Shown one piece after another: positions 49,776-59,894 of a stretch of 64,000 nt of DNA (positions are counted from its first letter, which is position 1; every line of letters begins with the position of its first letter). The position numbers were made by a program, and so were the translations under genes. Source of the DNA: Methylobacterium sp. Its GTDB lineage: Bacteria; Pseudomonadota; Alphaproteobacteria; Rhizobiales; Beijerinckiaceae. The stretch spans positions 13,775 through 77,774 of the forward strand of contig NZ_JAQGKL010000098.1 of the NCBI RefSeq assembly GCF_028290105.1, written 5' to 3'. Under the pieces are notes generated by a model, which was given only the letters and a program-made list of their open reading frames with translations, was not told the DNA's origin and made no database searches.

Positions 49776-51001
49776 CGGACCTGAATGCGTCCAACCCGTC
49801 CCAGTTCGACCGCGAGGATGTGCTCGAAGGCGAGATCGCGCGTCTGAGGCGAGCCCTGGACGAGGCCGTGCGACGCGCCGCCGATGACGGGGAGCCTGCC
49901 AGGATCACGTACGAGCGGCACTTGGCGGAGGGCCAGGCCGCCCTGGCCCTTGAACGGGCCCGAGCCGAACGAGCCGAGCATGACCTCGCAAACTTGACGG
50001 CCCGCTTCAACGACCTCGCGGCGAGCGAGGCCCGCTACCGTCTCGCCGTCGAAAGCGCGAAGGACTACGCGATCTTCACCATCGACTTGGCAGGTCGCAT
50101 CACGGGCTGGAACTCGGGGGCGGAGAACCTGCTCGGCTGGCGCGACGAGGAGATCGTCGGGCAACTGGCAAACGTCGTCTTCACGCCCGACGACAACACG
50201 CGGGCCATCGCCGAGAAGGAGATGCGCCTCGCGGTGTCGGAAGGACGCGCCGACGACAACCGCTGGCACCTGCGCAAGGATGGGGTGCGCTTCTGGGCCA
50301 ACGGCCTGATGATGCCCATGCGCGACGACGAGGGCGGGCTCATCGGCTTCCTGAAGATCCTGCGGGATCGCACCGACGCCCACCTCGCCAGGGAGCATCA
50401 GCAGCTTCTCATCAACGAGCTCAATCACCGCGTGAAGAACACGCTGACCACCGTGCAGGCCTTCACGACGCAGTCGCTGCGCTCCGCGACCTGCCTGCAG
50501 GAGGCCCGCGAGACCATCACCGCGCGCCTGATCGCGCTTTCCAAGGCGCACGACGTCCTGACGGCCGAGAACTGGGAAGGCGCCGACCTCGCCCGCATCG
50601 TGGCCGATGCCTTGCGCCTGCACCATGCCGACGGACGACGCTGTTCGTGGGAGGGTGATGGGGTCCGGGTGGCGCCCCGGACCGCGCTCGCCCTCTCGAT
50701 GATGCTGCATGAACTCGCGACCAACGCGACCAAGTACGGGGCCCTCTCGAACGACGTTGGGTCGATTGTCGTGACCTGGGCGGCGGTCGATGCCGATGAC
50801 CTGCCTTCGGCGGACTGTCAGCGCCTGCGGATGCGTTGGCAGGAACGGGACGGCCCGCCCGTGTCGCCCCCCAGTCGAAGCGGCTTCGGCAGCCGCATGA
50901 TCGAGCGTGGCCTCGCCAATGAGCTCGGCGGCGACGTGCGTATCCTCTACGAGCCCGCCGGTGTCGTCTGCACCCTGGACATCCCGCTCGAACCCGCCTG
51001 A
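49772..51001 (+). CDS. PAS-HWE histidine kinase
   Basis: Coiled coil, PAS (DYAIF..D..G.I..WNSGAE), ELNHRVKN and HELATNA.KYGALS; GTGA overlap with the upstream gene. Confidence 0.9.
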   Translation: MTDLNASNPSQFDREDVLEGEIARLRRALDEAVRRAADDGEPARITYERHLAEGQAALALERARAERAEHDLANLTARFNDLAASEARYRLAVESAKDYAIFTIDLAGRITGWNSGAENLLGWRDEEIVGQLANVVFTPDDNTRAIAEKEMRLAVSEGRADDNRWHLRKDGVRFWANGLMMPMRDDEGGLIGFLKILRDRTDAHLAREHQQLLINELNHRVKNTLTTVQAFTTQSLRSATCLQEARETITARLIALSKAHDVLTAENWEGADLARIVADALRLHHADGRRCSWEGDGVRVAPRTALALSMMLHELATNATKYGALSNDVGSIVVTWAAVDADDLPSADCQRLRMRWQERDGPPVSPPSRSGFGSRMIERGLANELGGDVRILYEPAGVVCTLDIPLEPA

Positions 51002-51054
51002 GCCGTCCTGGTTCACCACTCAGCACTTCGATCAGACCCGAATAGGCATCGAAC

Positions 51055-52569
51055 ATGACGGCTCCCGAACCCGGCAAGGCCTCGCAGGCGCGCATCTCCT
51101 CAGGCATCGCAGGGCTCGACGAGATCCTGGGCGGCGGCCTCGACGCCAACCGCGTCTACCTCGTCGAGGGCCAGCCCGGCAGCGGCAAGACCACCCTGGC
51201 GCTGCAGTTCCTCCTCGAAGGCGCGCGTCTGGGCGAGCGAACCCTGCACATCTGCCTCTCGGAAAGCGGCCCGGAGCTGCAGCTGATCGCCGAGCGCCAT
51301 GGCTGGTCGCTCGACGGGATCGAGCTCTTCGACCTGTCCTCCTCCGAGGCCAGCCTCGACCCCGACGAGGAACTCACCGTGTTCCAGTCCTCGGCGGTGG
51401 AACTCGGCGAGACCACCACGGGGATCATCGAACAGATCAAGGCCCTGAAGCCGACGCGCGTCGTGTTCGACAGCCTGTCCGAGATGCGCATCTTCGCGCA
51501 GAGTCCCTTACGCTATCGGCGCCAGATCATGGCCCTCAAGCACTTCTTCTCCGCCCAGAAATGCACGGTGCTGCTCCTCGACGACCTGTCCTCGCAGGGC
51601 GGGGACGTTCCCCTCCACAGCCTGGCGCACGGCGTCATCCTGCTGGAGCAGAACCCGGTCGACTTCGGTGCGGAACGCCGCCGCCTGCGCGTGATCAAGA
51701 TGCGCGGCATCCAGTTCAAGGGCGGCTACCACGACTTCACCATCCGCCGGGGCGGCTTGGAGATCTATCCCCGCCTCGTCGCGGCCGAGCACCATAAGCG
51801 CTTCCTCGGCGAGTTCACGCAGAGCGGGAACGGCGAGTTGGACGCCCTTCTCGGCGGGGGGCTGGAACGCGGCACGAACGCGTTGTTCATCGGGCCCGCC
51901 GGCGTCGGCAAGTCGACGCTGTCGCTGACCTTCGCCGTGGCGGCGGCCCGTCGCGGGGACCACGCCGTCATCTTCGCCTTCGACGAGGGACGCGGCACCA
52001 TCGACGCCCGCGCCAGGGCCATCGGCCTGGATATCGAGCCGCTGCTCAAGGCCGGCACCCTGCGCATCGAGCAGATCGACCCGGCCGAGATGGCCCCCGG
52101 TGAGTTCACCCACCTCGTCCGGCTGGGTGTCGAGCGCGACAAGGCGCGCATCGTCATCATCGACAGCCTGAACGGCTACCTCAACGCCATGCCGGACGAG
52201 CGTTTCCTCATCCTGCAGATGCACGAGTTGCTGAGCTACCTCAGCCAGATGGGCGTCGTCGCGATCCTGCTCCTGGCCCAGCACGGCCTGGTCGGGCCGA
52301 TGGAGACGCCCGTCGACATCAGCTACCTCAGCGACGCGGTCCTGATGCTCCGCTACTTCGAGGCCGAGGGCCGGGTCCGACGGGCCCTGTCCGTGTTGAA
52401 GAAACGAAGCGGCGCCCACGAGGACACGATCCGCGAGTACCGGTTGACCTCGGAGGGCATCAAGCTCGGTCCGCCCATGACCGAGTTCCGCGGCATCTTC
52501 ACGGGATCGCCGACCTACACGGGGACCCAACAGCCCCTGATGTCGAAGTCGGACCATGAACAGGGCTGA
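51055..52569 (+). CDS. KaiC-like double-domain ATPase
   Basis: Two RecA-like domains with Walker A motifs GQPGSGKT and GPAGVGKS; ISSGIAGLDEILGGG; ISYLSD at the KaiC phospho-site. Confidence 0.9.
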   Translation: MTAPEPGKASQARISSGIAGLDEILGGGLDANRVYLVEGQPGSGKTTLALQFLLEGARLGERTLHICLSESGPELQLIAERHGWSLDGIELFDLSSSEASLDPDEELTVFQSSAVELGETTTGIIEQIKALKPTRVVFDSLSEMRIFAQSPLRYRRQIMALKHFFSAQKCTVLLLDDLSSQGGDVPLHSLAHGVILLEQNPVDFGAERRRLRVIKMRGIQFKGGYHDFTIRRGGLEIYPRLVAAEHHKRFLGEFTQSGNGELDALLGGGLERGTNALFIGPAGVGKSTLSLTFAVAAARRGDHAVIFAFDEGRGTIDARARAIGLDIEPLLKAGTLRIEQIDPAEMAPGEFTHLVRLGVERDKARIVIIDSLNGYLNAMPDERFLILQMHELLSYLSQMGVVAILLLAQHGLVGPMETPVDISYLSDAVLMLRYFEAEGRVRRALSVLKKRSGAHEDTIREYRLTSEGIKLGPPMTEFRGIFTGSPTYTGTQQPLMSKSDHEQG

Positions 52570-54217
52570 CAAGGCGGAGGAGAGCGTCCTTGTCCTGACG
52601 CCGACCGGCCGCGACGCGTCCGCCACCGTCGAGGTGCTTCGTCGGGCCGGCCACGAGGCGTCGGCCTGCGCAGACGTGGGCGCTCTCGTCGCGTCGCTTG
52701 CAAACGGCGTCGGGATCGTCCTCGTCGCCGAGGAAGGCCTGCTCGGGCATGACCTCGACCCGCTGGCGGCGTGGGTGGGCGAGCAGCCGCCCTGGTCCGA
52801 CCTGCCCTTCCTGATGCTGACGAGCGACCGCGAGGCTCCCGCCATCCGCAAGCGGCGCGAGCGCATGATCGCGCGCTTGCAGAACGTCGTCCTGATCGAG
52901 CGTCCGGTGCAGCCCCTGACCCTGTTGAGCGCCGTGGGCTCGGCCCTTCGCGCACGCCGGAGGCAGTACCAGGTCAGGAGCCACCTGCTCGAACGGCAGC
53001 GGGCGGAGGACGACCTGGAACGGCGCGTGGCGGAGCGAACGGCCGAGTTGCTGGTCTCCGAGGACAGCTTGCGCCAATCCCAGAAGATGGAGGCCGTCGG
53101 CCAGTTGACCGGGGGGATCGCGCACGACTTCAACAACCTTCTCGCCGGTATCTCGGGCAGCCTGGAACTGTTGCAGACCCGGATGGCCCAGGGTCGCCTG
53201 AAGGACCTCGACCGCTACATCAGCACCGCCGAGGGCTGTTCCAAGCGCGCCGCCGCCCTCACGCACCGCCTTCTCGCCTTTTCACGCCGTCAGACCCTCG
53301 ACCCCAAGCCCATGAACGTGAACGGCCTCGTCGCCGGCATGGAGGAGCTGATCCGGCGGACGGTGGGCCCTTCGATCGCCGTCGAGGTCGTCGGAGCCGT
53401 GGGATTGTGGACGGTCCTGATCGACCCGCACCAGCTGGAGAACGCCCTTCTCAACCTGACCATCAACGCCCGCGACGCGATGCCAGCGGGAGGGCGCATC
53501 ACCATCGAGACGGCCAACAAGTGGCTGGACGAACGCATCGCCCGCGAGCGTGACATGCCTGCCGGGCAGTACATCGCCCTCAGCGTCACCGATACCGGCA
53601 CCGGCATGCCGACCGAAATCATCGCGCGCGCCTTCGACCCGTTCTTCACGACGAAGCCGGTCGGCGAGGGCACCGGGCTCGGGCTGTCGATGATCTACGG
53701 CTTCGTACGGCAATCCGGGGGCCAGGTCCGGATCTACTCGGAGCTCGGCCTGGGGACGACCCTGTGCCTGTACCTGCCCCGTCACTATGGCGATGCGGAT
53801 CAGGCCGATGCCGTCGGGGAGTTGAGAGAGGCCCCCCGGGCGGAGGAAGGCCAGACGGTTCTCATCGTCGACGACGAAGCGAGCATCCGCATGCTGGTCA
53901 CGGAGGTGCTGGAGGACCTCGGCTACATCGCCATCGAGGCGGCGGACGGATCGGCGGCGCTGAAGGTCCTGCAGTCGGACGTGCGCCTCGACCTCCTCGT
54001 CACCGACGTGGGACTGCCTGGCGGCCTGAACGGCCGTCAGGTGGCGGATGCGGGGCGTGCGGCACGACCGGACCTCAAGGTCCTGTTTATCACGGGCTAC
54101 GCCGAGAATGCGGTGCTGGGCAACGGCCACCTCGACCCCGGCATGCATGTCCTCACGAAGCCGTTCGTTCTCGACACGCTCGTCGGCCGCATCAAGGACC
54201 TCATCCTGGACCGGTGA
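52556..54217 (+). CDS. hybrid histidine kinase (degenerate N-terminal receiver, HisKA-HATPase-REC)
   Basis: QSQKMEAVGQLTGGIAHDFNNLL, FDPFFTTK..G.GTGLGL and LLVTDVGLP; overlaps the KaiC-like stop. Confidence 0.92.
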   Translation: MNRADKAEESVLVLTPTGRDASATVEVLRRAGHEASACADVGALVASLANGVGIVLVAEEGLLGHDLDPLAAWVGEQPPWSDLPFLMLTSDREAPAIRKRRERMIARLQNVVLIERPVQPLTLLSAVGSALRARRRQYQVRSHLLERQRAEDDLERRVAERTAELLVSEDSLRQSQKMEAVGQLTGGIAHDFNNLLAGISGSLELLQTRMAQGRLKDLDRYISTAEGCSKRAAALTHRLLAFSRRQTLDPKPMNVNGLVAGMEELIRRTVGPSIAVEVVGAVGLWTVLIDPHQLENALLNLTINARDAMPAGGRITIETANKWLDERIARERDMPAGQYIALSVTDTGTGMPTEIIARAFDPFFTTKPVGEGTGLGLSMIYGFVRQSGGQVRIYSELGLGTTLCLYLPRHYGDADQADAVGELREAPRAEEGQTVLIVDDEASIRMLVTEVLEDLGYIAIEAADGSAALKVLQSDVRLDLLVTDVGLPGGLNGRQVADAGRAARPDLKVLFITGYAENAVLGNGHLDPGMHVLTKPFVLDTLVGRIKDLILDR

Positions 54218-54458
54218 CGCCCTCCAGAGACGCCTGCGCAGGCGACCTGGCCGGCTCGAATTCCGGCAGACGCCGCTCGATTTCCGCGACGAGGCAGGAC
54301 GCGATGCAGCGCAGATCGCGATCCTCGGCGAGATCGTCCACGAGACCGAGCTGCTGGATGCGGAGCGTCCGAAGCCGAGACGCGACATCCCGGCCATGTT
54401 CCGCGCACGCGTCGATGACACCCTGGACACAGGCACGCACGATCGATCCGTCAGCCAT
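54201..54458 (-). CDS. hypothetical protein (uncertain)
   Basis: 85-aa ORF, weak RBS, 17-bp convergent overlap with the kinase gene. Confidence 0.3.
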   Translation of the reverse strand: MADGSIVRACVQGVIDACAEHGRDVASRLRTLRIQQLGLVDDLAEDRDLRCIASCLVAEIERRLPEFEPARSPAQASLEGVTGPG

Positions 54459-54535
54459 TGCTTTACCGATGAGAGACGAGCGCGCGCCATTCGCCTGGGT
54501 CGCGTGCGAGCGAGGCGCGTCGCACGAGCGATCGA

Positions 54536-54832
54536 TCAGGCGGCGCCGGGTTTTGCCTGAAGGATCTTGATCCGTCGGTCGCGGTCATCCTTCGAGAGGA
54601 CATCGGCGAATGGCACGGTCAGCAGGAGCTGTCCGAACGCGTCGGAGATCTCGAAGGAACAGGCGAACCAGTCGGGAACGCTGGACAGGCGTGGTCCGGC
54701 CATCATCTCGCGCGCTTCCTCGAGGGCGTAGGCATGAACGGCGGACAGATCCGGAAAGTCCTTTCCCTCCGGATCGACCGCCAATCCATCGTAACCGTGC
54801 GCGCATCTGACATTGAAAAAATAAATTGGCAC
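54536..54832 (-). CDS. DUF6894-like small protein
   Basis: GTG start; PIYFFNV...DPEG.DFPDL.A....A; EISDAFGQLLLTVPF. Confidence 0.75.
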   Translation of the reverse strand: MPIYFFNVRCAHGYDGLAVDPEGKDFPDLSAVHAYALEEAREMMAGPRLSSVPDWFACSFEISDAFGQLLLTVPFADVLSKDDRDRRIKILQAKPGAA

Positions 54833-55050
54833 GCCAAGATGCCTTTGTGGATCTCTAGCAGGCAATAGACATAGATACTGTGATGAGAAATTCCCATGCC
54901 AGAAGCATGAGATAGCGTTTCCGTCCGAAATTGCACAGTTAGTATGATGCGCTAACACATGGTAACGCTGCGTATTATCATTCTAATGGCGACATCAATG
55001 ATATCGTCATTTGAAATAAATCAGACCGATCCATTCCTGCATCATGAACG

Positions 55051-55256
55051 TTAGCCGGATAGATCGCGCATCAATCCTCGTTTGGTGACCATGAACACCA
55101 CGCAGCCCCGATCGCCCGCTCTCGGGTCCTATCGTGACCGACCGAGGGCGGGAGGTGCCACGCCTCCCTGCGAATGCCCTCGAAGGCGTCGAGCTTCCTG
55201 CCGACATCGTCCACGTCGACGAGGCTGTCGGTGCGGACTTGGAAAAAGGTGGGCGG
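55051..55256 (-). pseudogene. degenerate DUF6894-like copy
   Basis: PTFFQV..D...DDVG.KLD.FE.IRREA aligns by eye with 49124; the C-terminal GDRGCVVFMVT lies in another frame; no ATG at the expected position. Confidence 0.55.
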
Positions 55257-55493
55257 ATCGGGTATCTTGCCGGAATCGGGTACGCTCGTCTTGCGAGGCA
55301 CCCACGGTCACCGGGAGAGGCAGCGGACTGTCCGCTTGATCCGCGTGCCGGGATGCGTGGCCGCGGTCTTGTCTGCGCCGGATTTTGTACCGCCGAACGC
55401 GCCGCGCCTATGGCGTCCGCTGCCGGGACAGATGCCGACGATCGAGCCAGGGTACGGCCCGGTTCAAAAGCGGTTGTCCGATCGCGTTTCAGG

Positions 55494-55739
55494 TCAGGAC
55501 GAGGCGTCGACCCGATCCACGGTCAGTGCGACCGTCACCGTCAGCACGCGCTTCCTGTTCTCGTCCTGAACCTCGACCGTGACGTCGCGGGTGTCGCCTC
55601 GCGGCAGGCGCTCCCGCCCGATGGAAACGACGGCCTGGATCGCCTCCTGCTCCGCCTTGTCGAGATCGGGGAAATCGATTCCTTCCTCGTCTTGTACGAA
55701 GGTAGAGCCCTCGCGGACGTCGAAGTAAAACAAGGGCAT
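55494..55739 (-). CDS. DUF6894-like small protein
   Basis: MPLFYFDV...DEEGIDFPDL..A..EA; VEVQDENRK.VLTV; RBS GGAGAG. Confidence 0.82.
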   Translation of the reverse strand: MPLFYFDVREGSTFVQDEEGIDFPDLDKAEQEAIQAVVSIGRERLPRGDTRDVTVEVQDENRKRVLTVTVALTVDRVDASS

Positions 55740-55881
55740 CGTCGCTCTCCGAATGGATGTCTCTGAAGACGGGTGGAGGTCCTTGGCGTGCTGAGTACGG
55801 CCCAGGCCCATAGTCCGCCGAAGCCCTTCTGAGCCCTGTCGCCAAGCCTGGACGGACGATGGCGTATATGAAGGGGCGGCC

Positions 55882-56625
55882 TCATGCGACGGCACGCTTG
55901 CGTTGGTGGAGGTAGGCGCCGTCGAACTCGGCCACCCGGACCAGTTCGTCCCAATCCTCGATGACCAGGACGCCACCGCGCAGGGTGATCAGGCCCTTGG
56001 CCCGCATCTCCTGCAGGACGCGGTTGACGTGCACGTACGAAAGACCCGTGGCGTCGGCGAGATCGACCTGCGTGATGGGCATGGAGCAACGGTTGTCGGC
56101 GGCGAGCCCGACCGCCTCCTGTCTGAGGTACAATTCGCAGAAGAGGTGGGCCATCTGGTCGTAGGCCGAGCGCCGGCCCATGCAGATCAGCCACTGGCGA
56201 AAGATGCCCGCATCCACGAGCATGTCATGCCAGAGCTTCGCCGCGACGCCGGAAAAGCGCGCCGTGAGATCACGCATGGCCTCGTGCGGGATGAAGGCAA
56301 CGGTCGCGGTCGTCATCGTGGCGAAGCCGTGGTCCATCAACGGGATGTGGAGGCCCTGCAGGTCCGGGATGTCACCCGCGATGTGGAACGAGAAGATCTG
56401 GCGCTTGCCTTCTCGGATGATCTTGTAGCGGCAGGCCCAGCCTTCGAGGACGAGGCAGCACTGCGAGGCCGTGTCGCCGTCGCGCACGACGTCCTGGCGC
56501 GCGTTGAGGGCACGCCGCTTGAACGGCAATCCCTGGATCGCCTCGCGCTCCTCATCCGAGAGGATGGTGAGGCTTTCCAGCTTGCGGACCAGGGGCTGCA
56601 GGGGGTGATCGAACTCTGTGGCCAT
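55882..56625 (-). CDS. Crp/Fnr family transcriptional regulator
   Basis: L.RKL; EGWACRYK....G.RQI; AHLFCEL; ITQ.DLADATGLS.VHVNRVLQ. Confidence 0.9.
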   Translation of the reverse strand: MATEFDHPLQPLVRKLESLTILSDEEREAIQGLPFKRRALNARQDVVRDGDTASQCCLVLEGWACRYKIIREGKRQIFSFHIAGDIPDLQGLHIPLMDHGFATMTTATVAFIPHEAMRDLTARFSGVAAKLWHDMLVDAGIFRQWLICMGRRSAYDQMAHLFCELYLRQEAVGLAADNRCSMPITQVDLADATGLSYVHVNRVLQEMRAKGLITLRGGVLVIEDWDELVRVAEFDGAYLHQRKRAVA

Positions 56626-56976
56626 ATCGGCTTTGCCTTGTGATGGCTTTGCCATGCGTTGCAGGCGGAAGCGCAGTCCTCACAGGCAAGACGGGACCTG
56701 TTTCGGCGCGGCTGACGATGGCAGCCTCATGAAGCCCATCTGAACCTTGCGCATTCAACCATGTTTGGGTTTCGCGCTAACATGGACGCTGGGCCCGACA
56801 ACGGTTGGATCCGTCGCGTTGACCGAAGCCGAGATGGACGGTCGCCGCTTCCGGGTGTGATCCAGAGTGCGCTTTAGGCTTCGGTCAAGGTATCAAGCGC
56901 CTGATCCAAAAGGGAGCAGGTGGGTCCCTTTTGGATGCTGATCACAGCCTGACTGTGGACCGGAGCGCATCCTGCG

Positions 56977-58146
56977 ATGGAAGACCGTTTTGAAATCGCC
57001 GTCGTCGGCCTTGGCGCCATGGGCAGCGCGGCGCTCTATCAACTGGGGTTGCGGGGCGCGACGGTCGTCGGCCTCGATCGCTTCGCTCCGCCGCATACCC
57101 TTGGGTCGAGCCACGGTGAGAGCCGCATTACCCGGCAGGCCGTCGGCGAGGGTCGCGACTACGTTCCTTTCGTCCTGGCCTCGCACCGGATCTGGCGAAC
57201 CCTGGAGGCGGAGACCGGGGAGACACTGCTGACCGCCTGCGGCGCCCTGGTGATGGGGCCGGGCAGCGGCATCTCCTCCCACCACGGCAAGCCGGATTTC
57301 GTCGGGCGTTCGATCGACGCCGCGCGGGCTTTCGCGATCCCGCATGAAATCCTCGACGGGCACGAGGTCGCGCGCCGCTTCCCGCAATTCCAGAACCTCA
57401 GCGGCGATGAAAAGGCCTATTACGAGCCGGGTGGCGGCTACGTGCGCCCCGAGCGCTGCATCGCCGCGCAGCTGCACCGGGCCGGCGAACTCGGCGTCAC
57501 GATTCGCACCGGAACGACGGTGCTGTCGATCCTCCAGGAGCCGAACGGCGTCCGCATCGAGACCGATCGCGGCGTCGTCCTGGCCGACCAGGTGGTGGTC
57601 TCGGCCGGGGCCTGGACCGCGCCCCTTCTCGGCGCGCCCTTCACGGACCTGCTCACGGTCAACCGGCAGCTCCTGCACTGGTACGCCCTCGACGACGCCT
57701 CGGCCTACGGCCCCGACGCGCCGGTCTTCATCTGGATGCACGGTTCCGGTGACACGGACTACCTTTACGGCTTCCCGCCCCAGCCGGGCGAGCCCCAGGT
57801 CAAGGTCGCCACCGAGCAGTACGCGACCACCACGCGGGCCGAGGCCCTCGACCGCGCCGTAAGCCCAGAGGAATCCGCCGCGATGTACCGGCACCACGTA
57901 GCGGGCCGGCTCGCCGGCGCGACGGCGCGGGTGACACGGTCCGCCGCCTGCCTCTACACCGTAACCCCTGACCGGGGCTTCATCATCGACAGGCACCCGC
58001 GGATGGACCGGGTTCTCGTCGTCTCGGCCTGCTCCGGGCACGGCTTCAAGCACTCGGCCGGGATCGGTGAGGCCGTGGCAGACGAAATGGTGCAGGCCGG
58101 TGGGCGCATCGATCTCGCACCGTATTCGATCGCACGATTTGGCTGA
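56977..58146 (+). CDS. solA: monomeric sarcosine / N-methyltryptophan oxidase family flavoprotein
   Basis: VGLGAMGSAA, GSSHGESRITR, CLYT.TPD (covalent-FAD Cys) and CSGHGFKH. Confidence 0.85.
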   Translation: MEDRFEIAVVGLGAMGSAALYQLGLRGATVVGLDRFAPPHTLGSSHGESRITRQAVGEGRDYVPFVLASHRIWRTLEAETGETLLTACGALVMGPGSGISSHHGKPDFVGRSIDAARAFAIPHEILDGHEVARRFPQFQNLSGDEKAYYEPGGGYVRPERCIAAQLHRAGELGVTIRTGTTVLSILQEPNGVRIETDRGVVLADQVVVSAGAWTAPLLGAPFTDLLTVNRQLLHWYALDDASAYGPDAPVFIWMHGSGDTDYLYGFPPQPGEPQVKVATEQYATTTRAEALDRAVSPEESAAMYRHHVAGRLAGATARVTRSAACLYTVTPDRGFIIDRHPRMDRVLVVSACSGHGFKHSAGIGEAVADEMVQAGGRIDLAPYSIARFG

Positions 58147-58276
58147 TCCCCACAGCGATGGCCTACCGATTGCTTGACCTGGCTGGATCGGACAAGGCAG
58201 TCTCTCCGAAGAGCGTTCGTCGGCCCTCCGTCTCGTGTCCGGTCGACCCGGATTTGCCAAGCAAAGGTGTCGTTTT

Positions 58277-59107
58277 ATGCGTAAGCCGACTGTGGCGTTC
58301 CTCGGCTCCTGCCTACTCGCGGCGACCGCATTACTCTCATCCTCCTTGGCCATCGCTGCGGATGGGATCGAAGCGATCAAGCAACGCGGAACGCTCGTCG
58401 TCGGCGTGAAGGCAGATTACCGTCCCTTCGGCTTCCGCGATCCGAGCGGAGCGATCATCGGGCTGGAGCCGGATCTCGCCGCCGACGTCGCCAAGCGCCT
58501 CGGCGTGAAGCTCGAACTCGTGCCGGTGGTCTCCTCCAACCGGATTGAGTTCCTGCAGCAGGGCAAGGTCGACCTCCTCATCGCCACGCTCTCGGACAAG
58601 CCGGAGCGCCGCCGCGTGGTGCAGGCGATCGACCCGCAATATTATTCCGACTTCGTCAACGTGATGCTTCCCAAAAAGGCCGGCATCACAGACTGGGCGC
58701 AGCTGAAGGGCAAGCCCCTCTGCGCGACCTCCGGTGCTTGGTACAACAAGGACGTGGCCCGCACCTACGGTGCCGAGATCGTCGCCTTCGACGGCTCCGA
58801 GAAGCCGCTCTTTGCTCTTAAGCAGGGCAACTGCCTCGGCTACGTCTACGACCAGAGCATGCTGCAGGGTAAGCTCCTCGACGCCGACTGGAAGGCGGAC
58901 TACGCCCTGCCGCTGAAGGGCATCCTCGATGCGCCCTGGATGATGGCGGTCGCGCTCGGCAACAGCTCGTTGCAGACCATGCTGGAGGGCACGACCAAGG
59001 ACTGGATGAAGTCCGGCTTCATCGTCGAGGGGGAGAGGAAGTGGGGCATCGAGCCGACGGAATACTCGAAGGCGATGCACGAAAAGTACAAGAACGCGAC
59101 CAATTGA
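58277..59107 (+). CDS. polar amino-acid ABC transporter substrate-binding protein
   Basis: Signal peptide; IKQRGTLVVGVK.DYRPFGF; G.E.DLA; RIEFLQQGKVDL. Confidence 0.92.
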   Translation: MRKPTVAFLGSCLLAATALLSSSLAIAADGIEAIKQRGTLVVGVKADYRPFGFRDPSGAIIGLEPDLAADVAKRLGVKLELVPVVSSNRIEFLQQGKVDLLIATLSDKPERRRVVQAIDPQYYSDFVNVMLPKKAGITDWAQLKGKPLCATSGAWYNKDVARTYGAEIVAFDGSEKPLFALKQGNCLGYVYDQSMLQGKLLDADWKADYALPLKGILDAPWMMAVALGNSSLQTMLEGTTKDWMKSGFIVEGERKWGIEPTEYSKAMHEKYKNATN

Positions 59108-59147
59108 GCCGCGCCGGGCCGATCGACCGGTCGTCTTGAGGAGCACG

Positions 59148-59894
59148 ATGGACGCCGTTCCGAACTGGTTCCGGGCCCTCTACGAGACCACGGGTTTCAA
59201 CTTCACGGTCTTCTACGACCCCTACGACTGGGACCGTTACGTCAACGGTCTGAAGACGACCCTGCTGCTCGCTGTGACGACGATCCTGGCCAGTCTCGTC
59301 ATCGGCGCCGTGGGAGCACTCCTTCAGGGCGGCCCGTCGCGGCTCCTCCGCAACCTCGTCAACGGGTTCGTCGTCGTGTTCCGCAACACGCCGCCGCTGG
59401 TGCAGATCTTCTTCTTCTACTTCGGGCTCGGCACCCTGCTGCCGGCCGCCCAGACCGCCGACGGCTTGCGCGTACCGATCCTCGACAACGTCCAGTGGGC
59501 CATCGTCTCGCTGGCGCTGTTCGCCGGAGCCTTCAACGTCGAGATCTTTCGCTCCGGCATCGAGGCGGTGCCGCGCACCACCGTCGAGGCGGCCGAGGCC
59601 CTCGGCTACACCCGTCTCAAGGCCTACGTCTACGTCGTGCTGCCGCTCGCGCTCCGGGTCTGCCTGCCGGCCCTCAACAACAACCTCATCAACCTCCTGA
59701 AGACCACCACATTGGCCTACGCCATCGCCGTGCCCGAGACGCTCTATGCGGTGAAGCAGATCTGGTCGGAATCGCAGAACGTGCTCGAGATGATGATCGT
59801 TCTGCTGGCGACCTACGCCGTTCTCGTCGGCGTCCTCGTCTGGATCATGCATCGCTGGGAGCGGGTCCTGCGGATTCCGGGCTACAGCCGGTGA
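59148..59894 (+). CDS. amino-acid ABC transporter permease
   Basis: FRNTPPLVQ; EIFRSGIEAV...EAAEALG (EAA loop). Confidence 0.92.
   Translation: MDAVPNWFRALYETTGFNFTVFYDPYDWDRYVNGLKTTLLLAVTTILASLVIGAVGALLQGGPSRLLRNLVNGFVVVFRNTPPLVQIFFFYFGLGTLLPAAQTADGLRVPILDNVQWAIVSLALFAGAFNVEIFRSGIEAVPRTTVEAAEALGYTRLKAYVYVVLPLALRVCLPALNNNLINLLKTTTLAYAIAVPETLYAVKQIWSESQNVLEMMIVLLATYAVLVGVLVWIMHRWERVLRIPGYSR

Noticed and set aside
51055-52569. Circadian clock
   Set aside because: No kaiA/kaiB in the window and a non-canonical phospho-site; only KaiC-like ATPase status is supported
2700-54490. Many long antisense or overlapping ORFs (e.g. 2700-4172, 14982-18119, 37136-40129, 40778-43201, 53282-54490)
   Set aside because: Shadow ORFs expected from high GC3 opposite well-supported genes; R/P/G-rich with no motifs
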